Origin: an uncultured Verrucomicrobiae bacterium | Lineage (GTDB): Bacteria > Verrucomicrobiota > Verrucomicrobiia > Chthoniobacterales > UBA10450 | Length of the DNA stretch: 64,000 nucleotides | Direction: 5' to 3' | Assembly: GCA_963735805.1 (NCBI GenBank) | Contig: CAVTMK010000002.1 | Span: forward strand, 512,001 to 576,000 | Shown here: positions 10,562 through 21,283 of the stretch, piece after piece | Layout of the letters: the number at the start of each line of letters is the position of its first letter | How positions within the stretch are numbered: the first letter of the stretch is position 1 | The notes under the pieces: model-generated | Seen by the model: only the letters and a program-made list of their open reading frames with translations | What the model was told of the DNA's origin: nothing | The model's database searches: none | Position numbers and translations under genes: made by a program

Positions 10562-11247
10562 AGCGAAAAATTCTCGTCATCGACGTCGGCGGCTCAAACG
10601 TGAAGCTGATGATCTCGCGTGCCCAAAGGAGAAAATTCAAATCGGGGCGGAAATTGACGCCGCGCGCGATGGTCGCCCAAATCAAACCGTTGGTTGCGGA
10701 ATGGAAATTTGGCGCCATCTCACTTGGGTTTCCTTCCCCCGTGCGCAACGGTAAAATCGTGAGCGAGCCGAAACATCTTGGCCAGGGCTGGGTCGGCTTT
10801 AACTTCGCGAAGGCATTGGGCAAGCCAGTGCGCATTATCAATGACGCAGCGATGCAGGCCCTTGGCAGTTACCACGGTCGCCGAATGCTTTTCCTTGGAC
10901 TCGGGACAGGGCTTGGATCTGCTCTGATTTGGGACGACTATGTCCTTCCTCTCGAATTGGGCGACTTACCTTATCGGAACGGAAGCATTATTGAGGATTA
11001 CCTTGGCGAAGCCGGCGAGGCACAGCTCGGCAAGAAAACCTGGCAGCGCGATGTTCTGCATGCCGTTGTGCAATTGAAGAAATCGCTCATCGCCGATTAC
11101 GTTGTGCTGGGTGGTGGAAACGCCAAGGAATTGAACGAGATCCCGGGTGGAGTCGAGCTTGGGCATAATCGCAATGCGTTCCTGGGCGGAGTTCGACTCT
11201 GGCAAATTAATTCGCGTACACGGCGACCGAGGTGGCAGATTCTTTGA
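10558..11247 (+). CDS. ROK-family kinase (polyphosphate glucokinase-like)
   Basis: IDVGGSNVK, NDAAMQA, LGTGLGSA, ELGDL, VLGGG; TTG start overlaps the ppk1 stop. Confidence 0.8.
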   Translation: MKRKILVIDVGGSNVKLMISRAQRRKFKSGRKLTPRAMVAQIKPLVAEWKFGAISLGFPSPVRNGKIVSEPKHLGQGWVGFNFAKALGKPVRIINDAAMQALGSYHGRRMLFLGLGTGLGSALIWDDYVLPLELGDLPYRNGSIIEDYLGEAGEAQLGKKTWQRDVLHAVVQLKKSLIADYVVLGGGNAKELNEIPGGVELGHNRNAFLGGVRLWQINSRTRRPRWQIL

Positions 11248-11255
11248 AGCAATGA

Positions 11256-11330
11256 AAAAGAGTTACAAAGCTAAATGGACGACTACCAAATCTTTTTCCT
11301 TTTAACTGGGTAATATTTGGCTTTTTAGCA
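11256..11330. repeat. AT-rich GTTAC-type intergenic repeat, copy 1
   Basis: AAAAGAGTTACAAA (11256-11269) is the exact reverse complement of 39868-39881. Confidence 0.4.
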
Positions 11331-11338
11331 TTCTTGAC

Positions 11339-11800
11339 ATGAAGCTCTATTTTCTCAGGCATGGCGAAGCCGACTGGCCAAACTGGAAAAAACCTGACGA
11401 CGAGCGCCCGTTGACCAAGCGCGGAAAAAGGGAAATGCGCGAAGTGGCAAGCTTTTTGGACCGCCTGAAAGTTCGTCCCGACTTGATCGTCACCAGCCCG
11501 TTGCCGCGGGCGGCGCAGACCGCCGAAATCGCGGCTGATTATCTTAAAGCGAAGGTGCGCAAGGATGAGTCGCTCGCGCCGGGATTTGGCGCAAGCAAGT
11601 TGCGAACAGTGGTGAAGCGGCACCAGGCAAACGTTCTGATGCTGGTTGGTCACGAACCAGACTTCACTAACGTCATTTCCGGATTGACCGGAGCGTCCCT
11701 CAAACTCTCCAAGGCCGGCGTCGCGCTAGTCGATTTGGAACCCGAATCCGAGGAAGGAAAACTTCTTTGGCTTTTCCCACCAAAAATTGGCAAGAAATAG
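11339..11800 (+). CDS. sixA: Phosphohistidine phosphatase SixA
   Basis: LYFLRHGEA, RPLTKRG, SPLPRAAQTA, LVGHEPD. Confidence 0.85.
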   Translation: MKLYFLRHGEADWPNWKKPDDERPLTKRGKREMREVASFLDRLKVRPDLIVTSPLPRAAQTAEIAADYLKAKVRKDESLAPGFGASKLRTVVKRHQANVLMLVGHEPDFTNVISGLTGASLKLSKAGVALVDLEPESEEGKLLWLFPPKIGKK

Positions 11801-11818
11801 GCGCGGCTCTTTGATGTA

Positions 11819-12232
11819 TTACTGCGCTAGCAGATAAATCGTTGCCAGCGCCAGCAGGAAGTACGGAACAAGCACGGCTGCCCCAGCGTATTCTTTCGCC
11901 ATTCGTTGTCCGAAGAACAGGGCAACAATCGCAACGGCTGAAACGACCGCGCCATAGAAGGCGACAGTTGTTTCTCGCGAAACGATCAGCATGACGCATC
12001 CGATCGCGCTCAGAGCTCCGGCGGCAACTTCGAGAATCGTGATCGTCGTAAATAGAACTGTCACAAGACCAGCCAGAGCGCTTTTGGCAAAATGCCCCTT
12101 TAGCCATTCGAGGTTGCCGCGGTAATCGATGAGTTTATCAATCCCGGATTGAAGGAAGAGGATCGCAAGAAAAGCTGAGCCCAAAATCTGCAGCAGATAA
12201 ATTGCTCCTGCGAGGGTGTGCAAAGATGGCAT
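11819..12232 (-). CDS. DoxX-family membrane protein
   Basis: Four hydrophobic segments; LFLQSGIDK, LEV, FFGQR. Confidence 0.7.
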   Translation of the reverse strand: MPSLHTLAGAIYLLQILGSAFLAILFLQSGIDKLIDYRGNLEWLKGHFAKSALAGLVTVLFTTITILEVAAGALSAIGCVMLIVSRETTVAFYGAVVSAVAIVALFFGQRMAKEYAGAAVLVPYFLLALATIYLLAQ

Positions 12233-12302
12233 GACTCCCAAACCTTAGCCGGAACAAACCCGCCTTGTCGATATTCTGTGTTCGACGCCCTGTTCTCGCG
12301 TT

Positions 12303-13661
12303 CTAGTCGCCTTGAGCGGCTGCATCCGCGAACGCGACGTCGCCTGATTTCAAGTCCCACTCCGCTTCGGCCGCCGTCCCAAAAACGCGAGCACGCCTTT
12401 CGTCGAATTCCTTTTCCCACCGCGCGACAACTACTGTCGCCAGGCAATTGCCGATCACATTCACGCAAGTGCGGCCCATGTCCATCAATTCGTCCACGCC
12501 GAAAATAATCGCTACACCGATTGGCCCCAACCCCGACGGCACAAACGAATTCAATGCCGCCAGCAAAATGACAAGCGATGATCGCGGTACGCCTGCCACG
12601 CCTTTGGAAGTCAGCATCAACGTCAACATCATTGTGATCTGTTGGCCTAACGACATGTGCCATCCCATGGTAGTCTCGGCTGCCTGGGCCACGAATACCG
12701 AGGCCATTGCCAGATATAATGTCGATCCGGTGAGATTGAACGAATAGCCGGTGGGCATGACGAACCCAACGATGTGCGGCGGTACGCCGAAACGCTCCAT
12801 GGATTCCATCGCCTTGGGCAACGCCGATTCACTACTGGTGGTCGCGAATGCGAGCGCCGCCGGCTCGCGGACCGCCCTGACGAATTGCCGCGCCGGAATC
12901 CGCGCGATCCAGATCACCAGTCCAAAGACTAACAAAATGAAAATTACAAGTGCGAGATAAAGTGAGCCGATCAATTTGCCAAGGTTCACCAGGACGCCCG
13001 GACCTTGCGTGCCGATCGTATGCGCCATGGCCGCGCCTACTCCGATCGGCGCGAACAGCATCACATAATTGGTAAACTTGAACATGATCTGAGCGAGGCT
13101 CTCCATCGCGGTAATGATCGGTCTTCCCTTTTCGCCAACTGCCGACACAGCGAGCGCAAACAGCACGCTGAAGGTGACGATTTGTAAAACGTCACCGTGC
13201 ACCATTGCTTCGACGACGCTCGAGGGAAACGCATGGCCGATCGTTTCGACCAAAGTCTTCGGATGACTTTGTCCGATTGTCTTGATGACGTCAGTGTTGG
13301 TGGCGGCAAGCGTGACGCCAGCGCCCGGCTTGGTGAAATTGACTACAGCTAATCCAATGAATAGCGCCGCAGTAGTGACAATTTCAAAGTAGACCAGCGC
13401 TTTCACGCCCATTCGCCCCACTTTTCGCAACGCTCCTGCTCCTGCGATGCCTACGACAATGGTCGAGAAAACGAGCGGTGCGATGATCGATTTGATCAGG
13501 TTAATGAAAATATCGCGCAAAAAATAGACTGCGTTTCCCCACTCGGGTCTTAACCAGCCGATCAGACCGCCAACGACCAGCCCAATCATGATCTGCATCG
13601 TCAGAGAAGGCCGATACCACGGCCGACGCATGCGCCGAGAAACTCGCGTGGTCATCGCCAC
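12303..13661 (-). CDS. Cation:dicarboxylate/glutamate symporter (DAACS, GltP/DctA-like)
   Basis: FATTSSESALP, PTGYSFNLTG, LTSKGVAGVP, DMGRTCVNVIGN; start may be 13655. Confidence 0.9.
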   Translation of the reverse strand: MAMTTRVSRRMRRPWYRPSLTMQIMIGLVVGGLIGWLRPEWGNAVYFLRDIFINLIKSIIAPLVFSTIVVGIAGAGALRKVGRMGVKALVYFEIVTTAALFIGLAVVNFTKPGAGVTLAATNTDVIKTIGQSHPKTLVETIGHAFPSSVVEAMVHGDVLQIVTFSVLFALAVSAVGEKGRPIITAMESLAQIMFKFTNYVMLFAPIGVGAAMAHTIGTQGPGVLVNLGKLIGSLYLALVIFILLVFGLVIWIARIPARQFVRAVREPAALAFATTSSESALPKAMESMERFGVPPHIVGFVMPTGYSFNLTGSTLYLAMASVFVAQAAETTMGWHMSLGQQITMMLTLMLTSKGVAGVPRSSLVILLAALNSFVPSGLGPIGVAIIFGVDELMDMGRTCVNVIGNCLATVVVARWEKEFDERRARVFGTAAEAEWDLKSGDVAFADAAAQGD

Positions 13662-13741
13662 CGTATTAACACAACGCTCAAATCCGAGACAGGCGTTTCA
13701 GCCTTCTGAACCTTCGCTGCGCGCGGCAACGACCTCGGAAA

Positions 13742-14623
13742 TCAGTCTATCATTCGCTGCTCGAGGCCGCCGTAAGCATCGACGCGCCGGTCCCGCAAGA
13801 ATGGCCAATGCGTCCGTTGCTCGTTTACTCGCGCCCAATCCACATCGGCCAGCACAATCTCTTCCTGATCAACAGAACCCTTCGCGATAATTTCGCCGTC
13901 CGGTCCACATACAAAACTTTGTCCCCAAAATTCAATACCATCGCCGCCAGCCGGCGCTTCGTGGCCGACGCGGTTTGGGACGGCGACATAACAGCCATTC
14001 GCGATCGCGTGACTACGCTGGATCGTTTCCCAGGCCGCATGTTGCGCTACGCCGAACTGCTTTTTTTCTGAAGGGTGCCAGCCTATTGCTGTTGGATAAA
14101 AAATGATCTCCGCACCGTGCAGTGCGGTTAAACGCGCCGCTTCCGGATACCATTGGTCCCAGCAAATGCACACACCGATTTTACCTCGCGTTGTCGGCCA
14201 CGCCTGAAATCCAAGATCGCCAGGCGTGAAATAAAATTTTTCATGATACAGCGGGTCGTCCGGAATATGCATCTTGCGATATTTGCCGAGCAATTTTCCG
14301 TTCGTATCGATAATTGCTGCCGTGTTGTGATAGAGACCGGCACTTCGTTTCTCGAAAAGCGAGGCAACAATCACGGCGCCGGTTTCACGGGCCACTTCCC
14401 CCAACGCCGACGTTGATTTGCCCGGAATTTCCTCGGCCAGATCGAAATTCTTGTGATCTTCTGTCTGACAAAAATATTGCGACCGAAAAAGCTCGGGCAA
14501 ACAAACGATCTGCGCGCCTTTTGCAGCGGCATCGCGAATCATTTCGATTGCGTGCGCGAAGTTTTTCTCCGGCCTGGAGCCGGAGCGCATCTGAACAAGC
14601 GCGATTTTGGTTGTGTTCGTCAT
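13742..14623 (-). CDS. Carbon-nitrogen hydrolase, N-carbamoylputrescine amidase-like
   Basis: CLPELF, YRKMHIPDDP, EKFYFTPGD, ICWDQWYPEAAR, WPFLRDRR; start set at MTNTTK. Confidence 0.85.
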   Translation of the reverse strand: MTNTTKIALVQMRSGSRPEKNFAHAIEMIRDAAAKGAQIVCLPELFRSQYFCQTEDHKNFDLAEEIPGKSTSALGEVARETGAVIVASLFEKRSAGLYHNTAAIIDTNGKLLGKYRKMHIPDDPLYHEKFYFTPGDLGFQAWPTTRGKIGVCICWDQWYPEAARLTALHGAEIIFYPTAIGWHPSEKKQFGVAQHAAWETIQRSHAIANGCYVAVPNRVGHEAPAGGDGIEFWGQSFVCGPDGEIIAKGSVDQEEIVLADVDWARVNEQRTHWPFLRDRRVDAYGGLEQRMID

Positions 14624-14693
14624 GTCGAGTGGAGTGGAGACATCTCCAGTCATGTTAACAATGAGAGACTCCTCGACTTCGCTCGGAATGCCA
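14619..14693. repeat. REP-like palindrome, GTCAT...ATGAC family (family A)
   Basis: Arms GTCATGTCGAGTGGAGTGGAGACATCTC and GAGACTCCTCGACTTCGCTCGGAATGCCA. Confidence 0.75.
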
Positions 14694-14703
14694 GGGATGA
14701 CGA

Positions 14704-15321
14704 TTATTTCACCGAATCCGGTGGCACAATCTTCACGCTTTTGATCACGACGCGTTTCGTCGGCCTGCTCATTTCACCCATGCCGTTGTTCATAACCGGT
14801 GTGTCGCCGATTTTCTCCAGGACATCATCGCCCTTGATCAATTTGCCGAACGTCGTGTATTGCCCGTCGAGTCGCCGAACAGGTGCAAGACAAATGAAGA
14901 ATTGCGAGCCGGCCGAATCCGGATCAGGCCCGCGCGCCATCGAAAGTACACCGCGATCGTGGGAATGATCGTTAAATTCGGCTTTGAGTTTGTATCCAGG
15001 CCCACCCTGCCCGTAAGCGCTCTCCTTTGCCGGATCTTTCGAATTCGGGTCGCCGCCCTGAATCATGAATCCTTTGACGATCCGATGGAAGGTGGTGCCA
15101 TCGTAGAATCCCTGGCGTGCCAGTTTTTTAAAATTCTCAATTGTATTAGGTGCGGCATCGGTCCAAAACTGCACAACCATATCGCCTTCGCTGGTCTTGA
15201 TCACTGCGACTTCGTTTGAGGTACTCATAGGAGAGGTTTCTTTCTTTTCTTCGGCGGCGCCTGCCGTTGCAACAAGCGTAGACGCTACCAAGCAGCAAAA
15301 TAAGAGTTTCATGTGTAGCAA
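14704..15321 (-). CDS. Cyclophilin-type peptidyl-prolyl isomerase with signal peptide
   Basis: FYDGTTFHRIVKGFMIQGGD, LSMARG, SAGSQFFI, LDGQYTTFG. Confidence 0.92.
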   Translation of the reverse strand: MLHMKLLFCCLVASTLVATAGAAEEKKETSPMSTSNEVAVIKTSEGDMVVQFWTDAAPNTIENFKKLARQGFYDGTTFHRIVKGFMIQGGDPNSKDPAKESAYGQGGPGYKLKAEFNDHSHDRGVLSMARGPDPDSAGSQFFICLAPVRRLDGQYTTFGKLIKGDDVLEKIGDTPVMNNGMGEMSRPTKRVVIKSVKIVPPDSVK

Positions 15322-15366
15322 TGGTAGCGCTCAGCGACGAACGTTCAACATGGCGTAAAACGCGCG

Positions 15367-15473
15367 GTCATTCTGAACGGAGTGAACGATCTCACATTGG
15401 ATCATGGACCATGCGATGTGCGAAGCGTGTTCAACGAGCACTCTGCGAGTTCCCTTGCTTCGCTCGGGATGAC
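15367..15473. repeat. REP-like palindrome, family A
   Basis: GTCATTCTGAACGGAGTGAACGATCTC ... GAGTTCCCTTGCTTCGCTCGGGATGAC. Confidence 0.7.
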
Positions 15474-15502
15474 GGAATTGAACGCTGGGGGACATTCGTC
15501 AT

Positions 15503-18500
15503 TCATTTATGGTATTCCTGCAGACTGCGCACCTGAACTTTCCGTTTTTGCAGCGACCGGATTCCGTTCGCGCTTGCCAAGGCAGCGCGCACTGTCGTCA
15601 TAATCGGAATCTTTGCGGCCAGCGCCGCGTTGCGGATGACCACTTCATGCTCACGCGGAATTTTTCCGCTGGGCGTGTTGATGATGAAGTTGATGTCCCC
15701 GTTCTTGATCCGGTCGAGGACATTTGGCCGTCCCTCGTGAATCTTGAAAACCTTGGTCACTTTGATTTTCGCCTTCGCTAGCGCTTCTGCGGTTCCGCTC
15801 GTGGAAATGATTTCGAAGCCGAGCTTTACAAACTCGCGTGCGACCGGGATCACGGCTTCCTTATCGGCGTCTTTAACGCTGACGAACACTTTTCCTTTCT
15901 TTGGCAGCGGCGGTGGCGCAGCCATTTGGGATTTCGCGTAAGCAAGGCCGAGATCGACATCCATGCCCATCACTTCCCCGGTCGATTTCATCTCCGGACC
16001 GAGCGAAATGTCCAGTCCTTCGTAACGGAGAAATGGGAACACCGCTTCTTTGACGCAAAAATGTTTGGGTACAATTTCCCTGGTGAAGCCGAGCTCGCGT
16101 AATGATTTTCCGGTCATCACTTTGGCGGCGAGTTTGGCAAGCGGGACACCGATCGCCTTGCTTACAAACGGAACGGTGCGTGACGCTCGTGGATTGACTT
16201 CCAGCACGTAAACGTTGTCGCCTTTCACGGCGAACTGCACATTCATCAGACCTTGCACGTGCAACTCCCGCGCCATGGCCTTTGTTGCCGCTGAAATTTC
16301 ATCAACGATCCTCTGTGACAACGAGAATGTCGGAATGACGCACGCGCTGTCGCCGCTGTGAATGCCGGCCTCCTCAATGTGCTCCATGATTGCGCCAATC
16401 ACAGTCGTGTCGCCGTCCGAAATGCAATCGACATCGACTTCGATGGCGTCTTCCAGGAAACGATCAATTAGCACCGGGCGATCAGGTGTCACTTCAATTG
16501 CCTTCGCCATGTAGCGTCGAAGATCTTCCTCGTTGTAGACAAGCTCCATGGCGCGCCCGCCGAGCACGAAGCTCGGCCTAACGAGTACTGGGTAGCCGAT
16601 TCTTCTGGCTATCGCGACAGCATCTTCCGTGCTCGTCGCCGAGCCGTTCGGGGTTTGGCGCAGACCAAGTTTGTCGAGCATCGCGGCGAACAAGCGGCGA
16701 TCTTCTGCGGTCTCGATACTTTCGGGCTGCGTGCCAAGAATTGGCACACCTGCCGCCTTCAGCCCGCTCGCCAGGTTCAGCGGTGTTTGACCGCCAAACT
16801 GGACGAACACACCTTCCGGCTTCTCCTGATCATAAATATTGAGTACGTCTTCGAGCGTGAGCGGTTCAAAGTAAAGTTTGTCGCTGGTGTCGTAATCCGT
16901 AGAAACTGTCTCGGGATTCGAGTTGACCATGATGGTTTCGAATCCGAGCTCGCGCAGAGCGAACGCGGCGTGCACACAACAATAATCGAATTCAATCCCC
17001 TGGCCGATCCGGTTCGGTCCGCCTCCGAGTATCATGACTTTTCGTTTCGTACTTTCGCGCCGCTCGTTCTCGTCACCGTACGTCGAGTAGTAATACGGCG
17101 TATAGGCTTCAAACTCTGCGGCGCATGTGTCAACAAGGCGATAAGTAGGAATTACACCTGCACCTACGCGAAGAAGGCGAACGCCTTGCTGCCCCCATTT
17201 CAAATCCGCTGGATCTGCAGGCGACCTTCCATTTCCAGCCAATAATATCTGGACATCAGAGAAGCCGAGCCGCTTCAACTGGCGAAATCGCCTCGCAGGA
17301 TACGCCGGATCCTTCGGTTGAGCCGGATCGTTTCCACCTGGGGTGGAAAGCCAATATTGAAAAGACTCGTCTGCTCGAAGTCGCTCACTCTCTTGCACCA
17401 GTTCCGCGATATTTCGTAAAAACCATCTGTCGATCTTCGTCAGTTCGAAAACTTCGTCGATCGACATGCCGTCTTGAAAGGCCTGGGCCAGGTAAAAAAT
17501 GCGTTCCGCGTTCGGGATCGCCAACTTCAAGCGAAGTGTCTCAGGATCGACATCTTTATTTGCGCCATCGCCACATAAACCGAAGCGTTTGATCTCGAGG
17601 CTGCGCAGCGCCTTCTGTAATGCTTCCTTAAATGTGCGTCCGATAGCCATTGCTTCGCCAACGCTCTTCATTCGGGTCGTCAGGGTTGCGTCCGCCTGTG
17701 GAAACTTTTCAAATGTGAAGCGCGGCACTTTGACTACGCAGTAGTCGATGGTCGGCTCGAAGCATGCCGGTGTTTCGCGGGTAATATCGTTTTTAATTTC
17801 ATCAAGTGTGTAACCGACTGCGAGTTTTGCCGCGATTTTCGCGATCGGAAATCCTGTCGCCTTCGATGCCAGCGCGCTGGACCGCGAGACGCGTGGATTC
17901 ATTTCGATTACCACCATGCGGCCGTTCTCGGGATGAACGGCAAACTGAATGTTTGACCCCCCGGTTTCTACGCCGATCTCGCGAATGACCGCGAAGGCGG
18001 CGTCACGCATGATCTGGTATTCCTTGTCGGAGAGCGTTTGTACCGGCGCGACGGTAATGGAGTCGCCAGTATGCACGCCCATGGGATCGAAATTCTCGAT
18101 GGAACAAACAACGACGCAGTTATCCATCCGGTCGCGCATCACTTCCATCTCGAACTCTTTCCAACCGACGAGTGATTCTTCGATCAACACTTCGTGGACT
18201 GGCGACAGATCAAGCCCTCGCGCGGCAATTACATCGAGTTCTTCGCGATTGTAAGCGATGCCGCCGCCGGCGCCCCCCAGAGTGAACGCGGGGCGAATGA
18301 TGAGCGGAAACGTCCCAATTTCAGCAACGATCCGATCAAGGTCGGCTAGGGAACGTGCGACGCCGGAACGCGGGACATCGAGGCCGATCCGCAACATTGC
18401 TTCCTTGAATAGTTGTCGGTCTTCCCCTTTCGCGATGGCCTGAGCATTGGCGCCGATCAATTTCACGCCATGTCGTGCCAGTGCGCCGTTACGGTTCAAC

Positions 18501-18802
18501 TCCATCGCAGCGTTCAGAGCGGTCTGCCCGCCTAAGGTTGGCAAAATAGCCTCCGGTTTTTCGCGTTCCATGATCGCCTCGATCACTTCAGGTGTGATCG
18601 GTTCGATATACGTGCGATCGGCGAATTCGGGGTCCGTCATGATGGTGGCCGGGTTGGAGTTGACCAGCACAACCTTGTAACCCTCTTCCCGGAGCGCCTT
18701 GCACGCTTGCACCCCGGAATAATCAAATTCGCAGCCCTGTCCGATGACGATTGGACCAGAGCCGATCAGCAGGATTTTTTTTAGTTCGTTATTTCGCGGC
18801 AT
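15503..18802 (-). CDS. carB: Carbamoyl-phosphate synthase large subunit
   Basis: [30 protein letters not shown], two ATP-grasp halves, C-terminal MGS domain; start moved to 18802. Confidence 0.97.
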   Translation of the reverse strand: MPRNNELKKILLIGSGPIVIGQGCEFDYSGVQACKALREEGYKVVLVNSNPATIMTDPEFADRTYIEPITPEVIEAIMEREKPEAILPTLGGQTALNAAMELNRNGALARHGVKLIGANAQAIAKGEDRQLFKEAMLRIGLDVPRSGVARSLADLDRIVAEIGTFPLIIRPAFTLGGAGGGIAYNREELDVIAARGLDLSPVHEVLIEESLVGWKEFEMEVMRDRMDNCVVVCSIENFDPMGVHTGDSITVAPVQTLSDKEYQIMRDAAFAVIREIGVETGGSNIQFAVHPENGRMVVIEMNPRVSRSSALASKATGFPIAKIAAKLAVGYTLDEIKNDITRETPACFEPTIDYCVVKVPRFTFEKFPQADATLTTRMKSVGEAMAIGRTFKEALQKALRSLEIKRFGLCGDGANKDVDPETLRLKLAIPNAERIFYLAQAFQDGMSIDEVFELTKIDRWFLRNIAELVQESERLRADESFQYWLSTPGGNDPAQPKDPAYPARRFRQLKRLGFSDVQILLAGNGRSPADPADLKWGQQGVRLLRVGAGVIPTYRLVDTCAAEFEAYTPYYYSTYGDENERRESTKRKVMILGGGPNRIGQGIEFDYCCVHAAFALRELGFETIMVNSNPETVSTDYDTSDKLYFEPLTLEDVLNIYDQEKPEGVFVQFGGQTPLNLASGLKAAGVPILGTQPESIETAEDRRLFAAMLDKLGLRQTPNGSATSTEDAVAIARRIGYPVLVRPSFVLGGRAMELVYNEEDLRRYMAKAIEVTPDRPVLIDRFLEDAIEVDVDCISDGDTTVIGAIMEHIEEAGIHSGDSACVIPTFSLSQRIVDEISAATKAMARELHVQGLMNVQFAVKGDNVYVLEVNPRASRTVPFVSKAIGVPLAKLAAKVMTGKSLRELGFTREIVPKHFCVKEAVFPFLRYEGLDISLGPEMKSTGEVMGMDVDLGLAYAKSQMAAPPPLPKKGKVFVSVKDADKEAVIPVAREFVKLGFEIISTSGTAEALAKAKIKVTKVFKIHEGRPNVLDRIKNGDINFIINTPSGKIPREHEVVIRNAALAAKIPIMTTVRAALASANGIRSLQKRKVQVRSLQEYHK

Positions 18803-18968
18803 CTGCGCAGCGCGGACAGTAAACGAAATCGCGAGAAGGTCACGCGAGAACTCCCGCACGCTCATCCCAATCCCGCCGTTGAGGAAGAGGGAACTCGCAA
18901 AGCCCGGCAAATTCACGGATCGAAAATTTTGTGATCAAAGCTTGGACTGCGAAAATGACTGGGACGTT

Positions 18969-19424
18969 TTACGCAACCTGCGCCATGCGCCGTCGGTCCA
19001 GCCAGACCTTGCAGATGCTTTTGATGCGAGTGAGGACGTAATAGACAGTCTGGCTACGGATTCGCACTAGCTCCGTTCCGACGATGCGGGTCACGAAGTC
19101 GCTCGGAAGATCGAGAATTTCCTGCGGTGTCGAGCCTTCGAGTCCTTTGCAAAGAATCGCCGCCATTGAGCGGGTAAGTGTTTGCACTTCCGGACCGAGC
19201 GTCATTCGAATGTGCGCCTTACCGCCTTCATCCACCTGCAGATAAACGCCGACCGTGTCTGTGCATTCCGCGTCTTTTCGCACGTCGACAAGATCAAAAT
19301 CCTCGCCTTCGCGGGGCTCCTGCTTCTTCGCGCTGTCTGCGTAGGAGACGAGCGTCTCGCGCCGCTCGTCTTCGGGCAGCGACTCGAACAGGTTGATGAT
19401 CTTGTTTAACTTCGCCGGGTACAT
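18969..19424 (-). CDS. sufE: SufE-family Fe-S assembly sulfur acceptor
   Basis: Size and pattern: [35 protein letters not shown]. Confidence 0.7.
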   Translation of the reverse strand: MYPAKLNKIINLFESLPEDERRETLVSYADSAKKQEPREGEDFDLVDVRKDAECTDTVGVYLQVDEGGKAHIRMTLGPEVQTLTRSMAAILCKGLEGSTPQEILDLPSDFVTRIVGTELVRIRSQTVYYVLTRIKSICKVWLDRRRMAQVA

Positions 19425-19490
19425 GGAAGCGTCGTTAATCTATCACGGGCTTTGGCTTTGCTCACCAAAGCGTTTATGGCTAATTGCATT

Positions 19491-20474
19491 ATGAAAAATC
19501 CGATTAAGGTCGCTGTGACCGGTGCTGCCGGACAAATTGGCTATGCGCTCCTGTTCCGCATCGCCTCTGGACAAATGTTCGGCCCGGACCAGCCGCTGTC
19601 ACTTCATTTAATCGAAATTCCGGATGCGCTCGGCGCCCTCGATGGCGTGGTGATGGAGTTGCACGATTGCGCCTTTCCGCTGCTCGAATCGGTTGTCCCC
19701 ACCGCGGACCTGAACGAAGGCTTCCGCGACGTTAATTGGGCGTTGCTAGTCGGAAGCGTCCCGCGCAAGGCTGGCATGGAGCGGAAAGATTTACTCGGAA
19801 TCAACGGCAAGATTTTCATCGGACAAGGTCGGGCAATCGAGAAAAACGCTGCGGCCGACGTGCGCGTGCTTGTCGTCGGAAATCCGTGCAACACGAATTG
19901 TTTGATTGCGATGAACAACGCCAAAGAAATTCCGAGCGACCGCTGGTTTGCCATGACGCGACTGGATGAAAACCGTGCGCGCGCACAACTCGCACACAAA
20001 GCCAGTGTGGGCATTGGCGCAGTCACAAACATGACCATCTGGGGAAATCATTCTTCGACGCAGTATCCGGATTTCTACAACGCCAGAATCGACAATCGAC
20101 CGGCGAACGAAGTGATCGGCGACGAGAAATGGTTAAAGGAAGAATTCATTGCCACAGTGCAGCAACGCGGAGCCGCGGTGATCAAAGCGCGGGGACTCTC
20201 GTCCGCTGGTTCCGCGGCCAACGCGATCGTTGATACTGTCTTTTCACTTACCAACGATACTCCTGGTAAGGACTGGCACAGCGTGGCGGTTTGTTCAGAC
20301 GGAAGTTACGATGTGGAGAAAGGATTGATCTCGTCATTCCCAGTGCGCGTGCGTGGTGGAAAATGGGAAATCGTGCAGGGGGTACCCATCAATGATTTCA
20401 GCCGCGCAAAAATCAATGCTTCGGTCGCGGAGTTAAAAGAAGAGAAATCGCTCGTTAGCGATTTGATTTCCTAG
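19491..20474 (+). CDS. mdh: Malate dehydrogenase
   Basis: [44 protein letters not shown]. Confidence 0.96.
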   Translation: MKNPIKVAVTGAAGQIGYALLFRIASGQMFGPDQPLSLHLIEIPDALGALDGVVMELHDCAFPLLESVVPTADLNEGFRDVNWALLVGSVPRKAGMERKDLLGINGKIFIGQGRAIEKNAAADVRVLVVGNPCNTNCLIAMNNAKEIPSDRWFAMTRLDENRARAQLAHKASVGIGAVTNMTIWGNHSSTQYPDFYNARIDNRPANEVIGDEKWLKEEFIATVQQRGAAVIKARGLSSAGSAANAIVDTVFSLTNDTPGKDWHSVAVCSDGSYDVEKGLISSFPVRVRGGKWEIVQGVPINDFSRAKINASVAELKEEKSLVSDLIS

Positions 20475-20561
20475 AAATACTCTCAGAAATGCGCGCCACT
20501 GTAGCGACAGCGCTGTGTCGCCGTGCTCTCAAACCCTTTCCAGCACAATGCAAAGCGCGCC

Positions 20562-21278
20562 CTACTCTTTAGGTTTCATTGCGTGAATTGCGACGGATGC
20601 CGGGAAGCTCAGGCTTGTCAGGCTGATTTCGCGAAAGCCGGCTTCGAAGATCTCGCACCAGAAATCAGCGCCGTACTCCGTTTGCACGACGCAGTCGTCT
20701 CGCTTTGTCCCCGGTTTTCCGTGATAACTTGACGGCAAACCGCGCCGCGTCCGGGTCAACCGGCCGATAACGATCGGCACAGTGTAAAACAAGTGACCGC
20801 CCGGTTTCAAAACGCGCATGGATTCTTTCAGGGCGGCCTTTGAGTCTGGGACGTGCTCCAGGGTGTCGGAATGAACGATGACGTCGACTGATGAATCGGC
20901 AAAACTCATTCGCTGCATGTCGAGTTGAGGAAACGAATGAAGAGCATGTTCGGGAAGTGCCTGAAGAAAAGCTGATAGGTTCTTCGCCGGATTGATTTCG
21001 ATCACAGTGAGCTTCCGAATCCCCGAATCGTTAGAACAGAAATCCTCGAAACTGCCGTCGAATCCGAACGCCCTGGTCATCGCTGCGGCCAGCGTCATGG
21101 TCCGCAGATTATTCCCGCAACCGGTACAACAAAATCCCTGCTGCAAATCGATGTAAGCGACTTCGCCGGGAGACAAATCCCATTGCTCGATCAGTTCCGG
21201 CCAGAGCACCCGTTCGTTTGTGAACCGGTCGCCGCCGCATACCGGGCAAATCTTCAAACTCGGCGACGGCTCTCGCAT
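20562..21278 (-). CDS. SAM-dependent methyltransferase with N-terminal Zn-ribbon
   Basis: CPVCG...CTGCG, then DVIVHSDTLEHVPD, RVLKPGG. Confidence 0.8.
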   Translation of the reverse strand: MREPSPSLKICPVCGGDRFTNERVLWPELIEQWDLSPGEVAYIDLQQGFCCTGCGNNLRTMTLAAAMTRAFGFDGSFEDFCSNDSGIRKLTVIEINPAKNLSAFLQALPEHALHSFPQLDMQRMSFADSSVDVIVHSDTLEHVPDSKAALKESMRVLKPGGHLFYTVPIVIGRLTRTRRGLPSSYHGKPGTKRDDCVVQTEYGADFWCEIFEAGFREISLTSLSFPASVAIHAMKPKE

Positions 21279-21283
21279 TTTGC

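Noticed and set aside
18803..18916. Long N-terminal extensions in the ORF track (carB, pstS, purC, ABC ATPase, TPR paralogs 1, 3 and 5)
   Set aside because: Family-typical starts lie downstream; the extensions run through intergenic repeats or upstream genes
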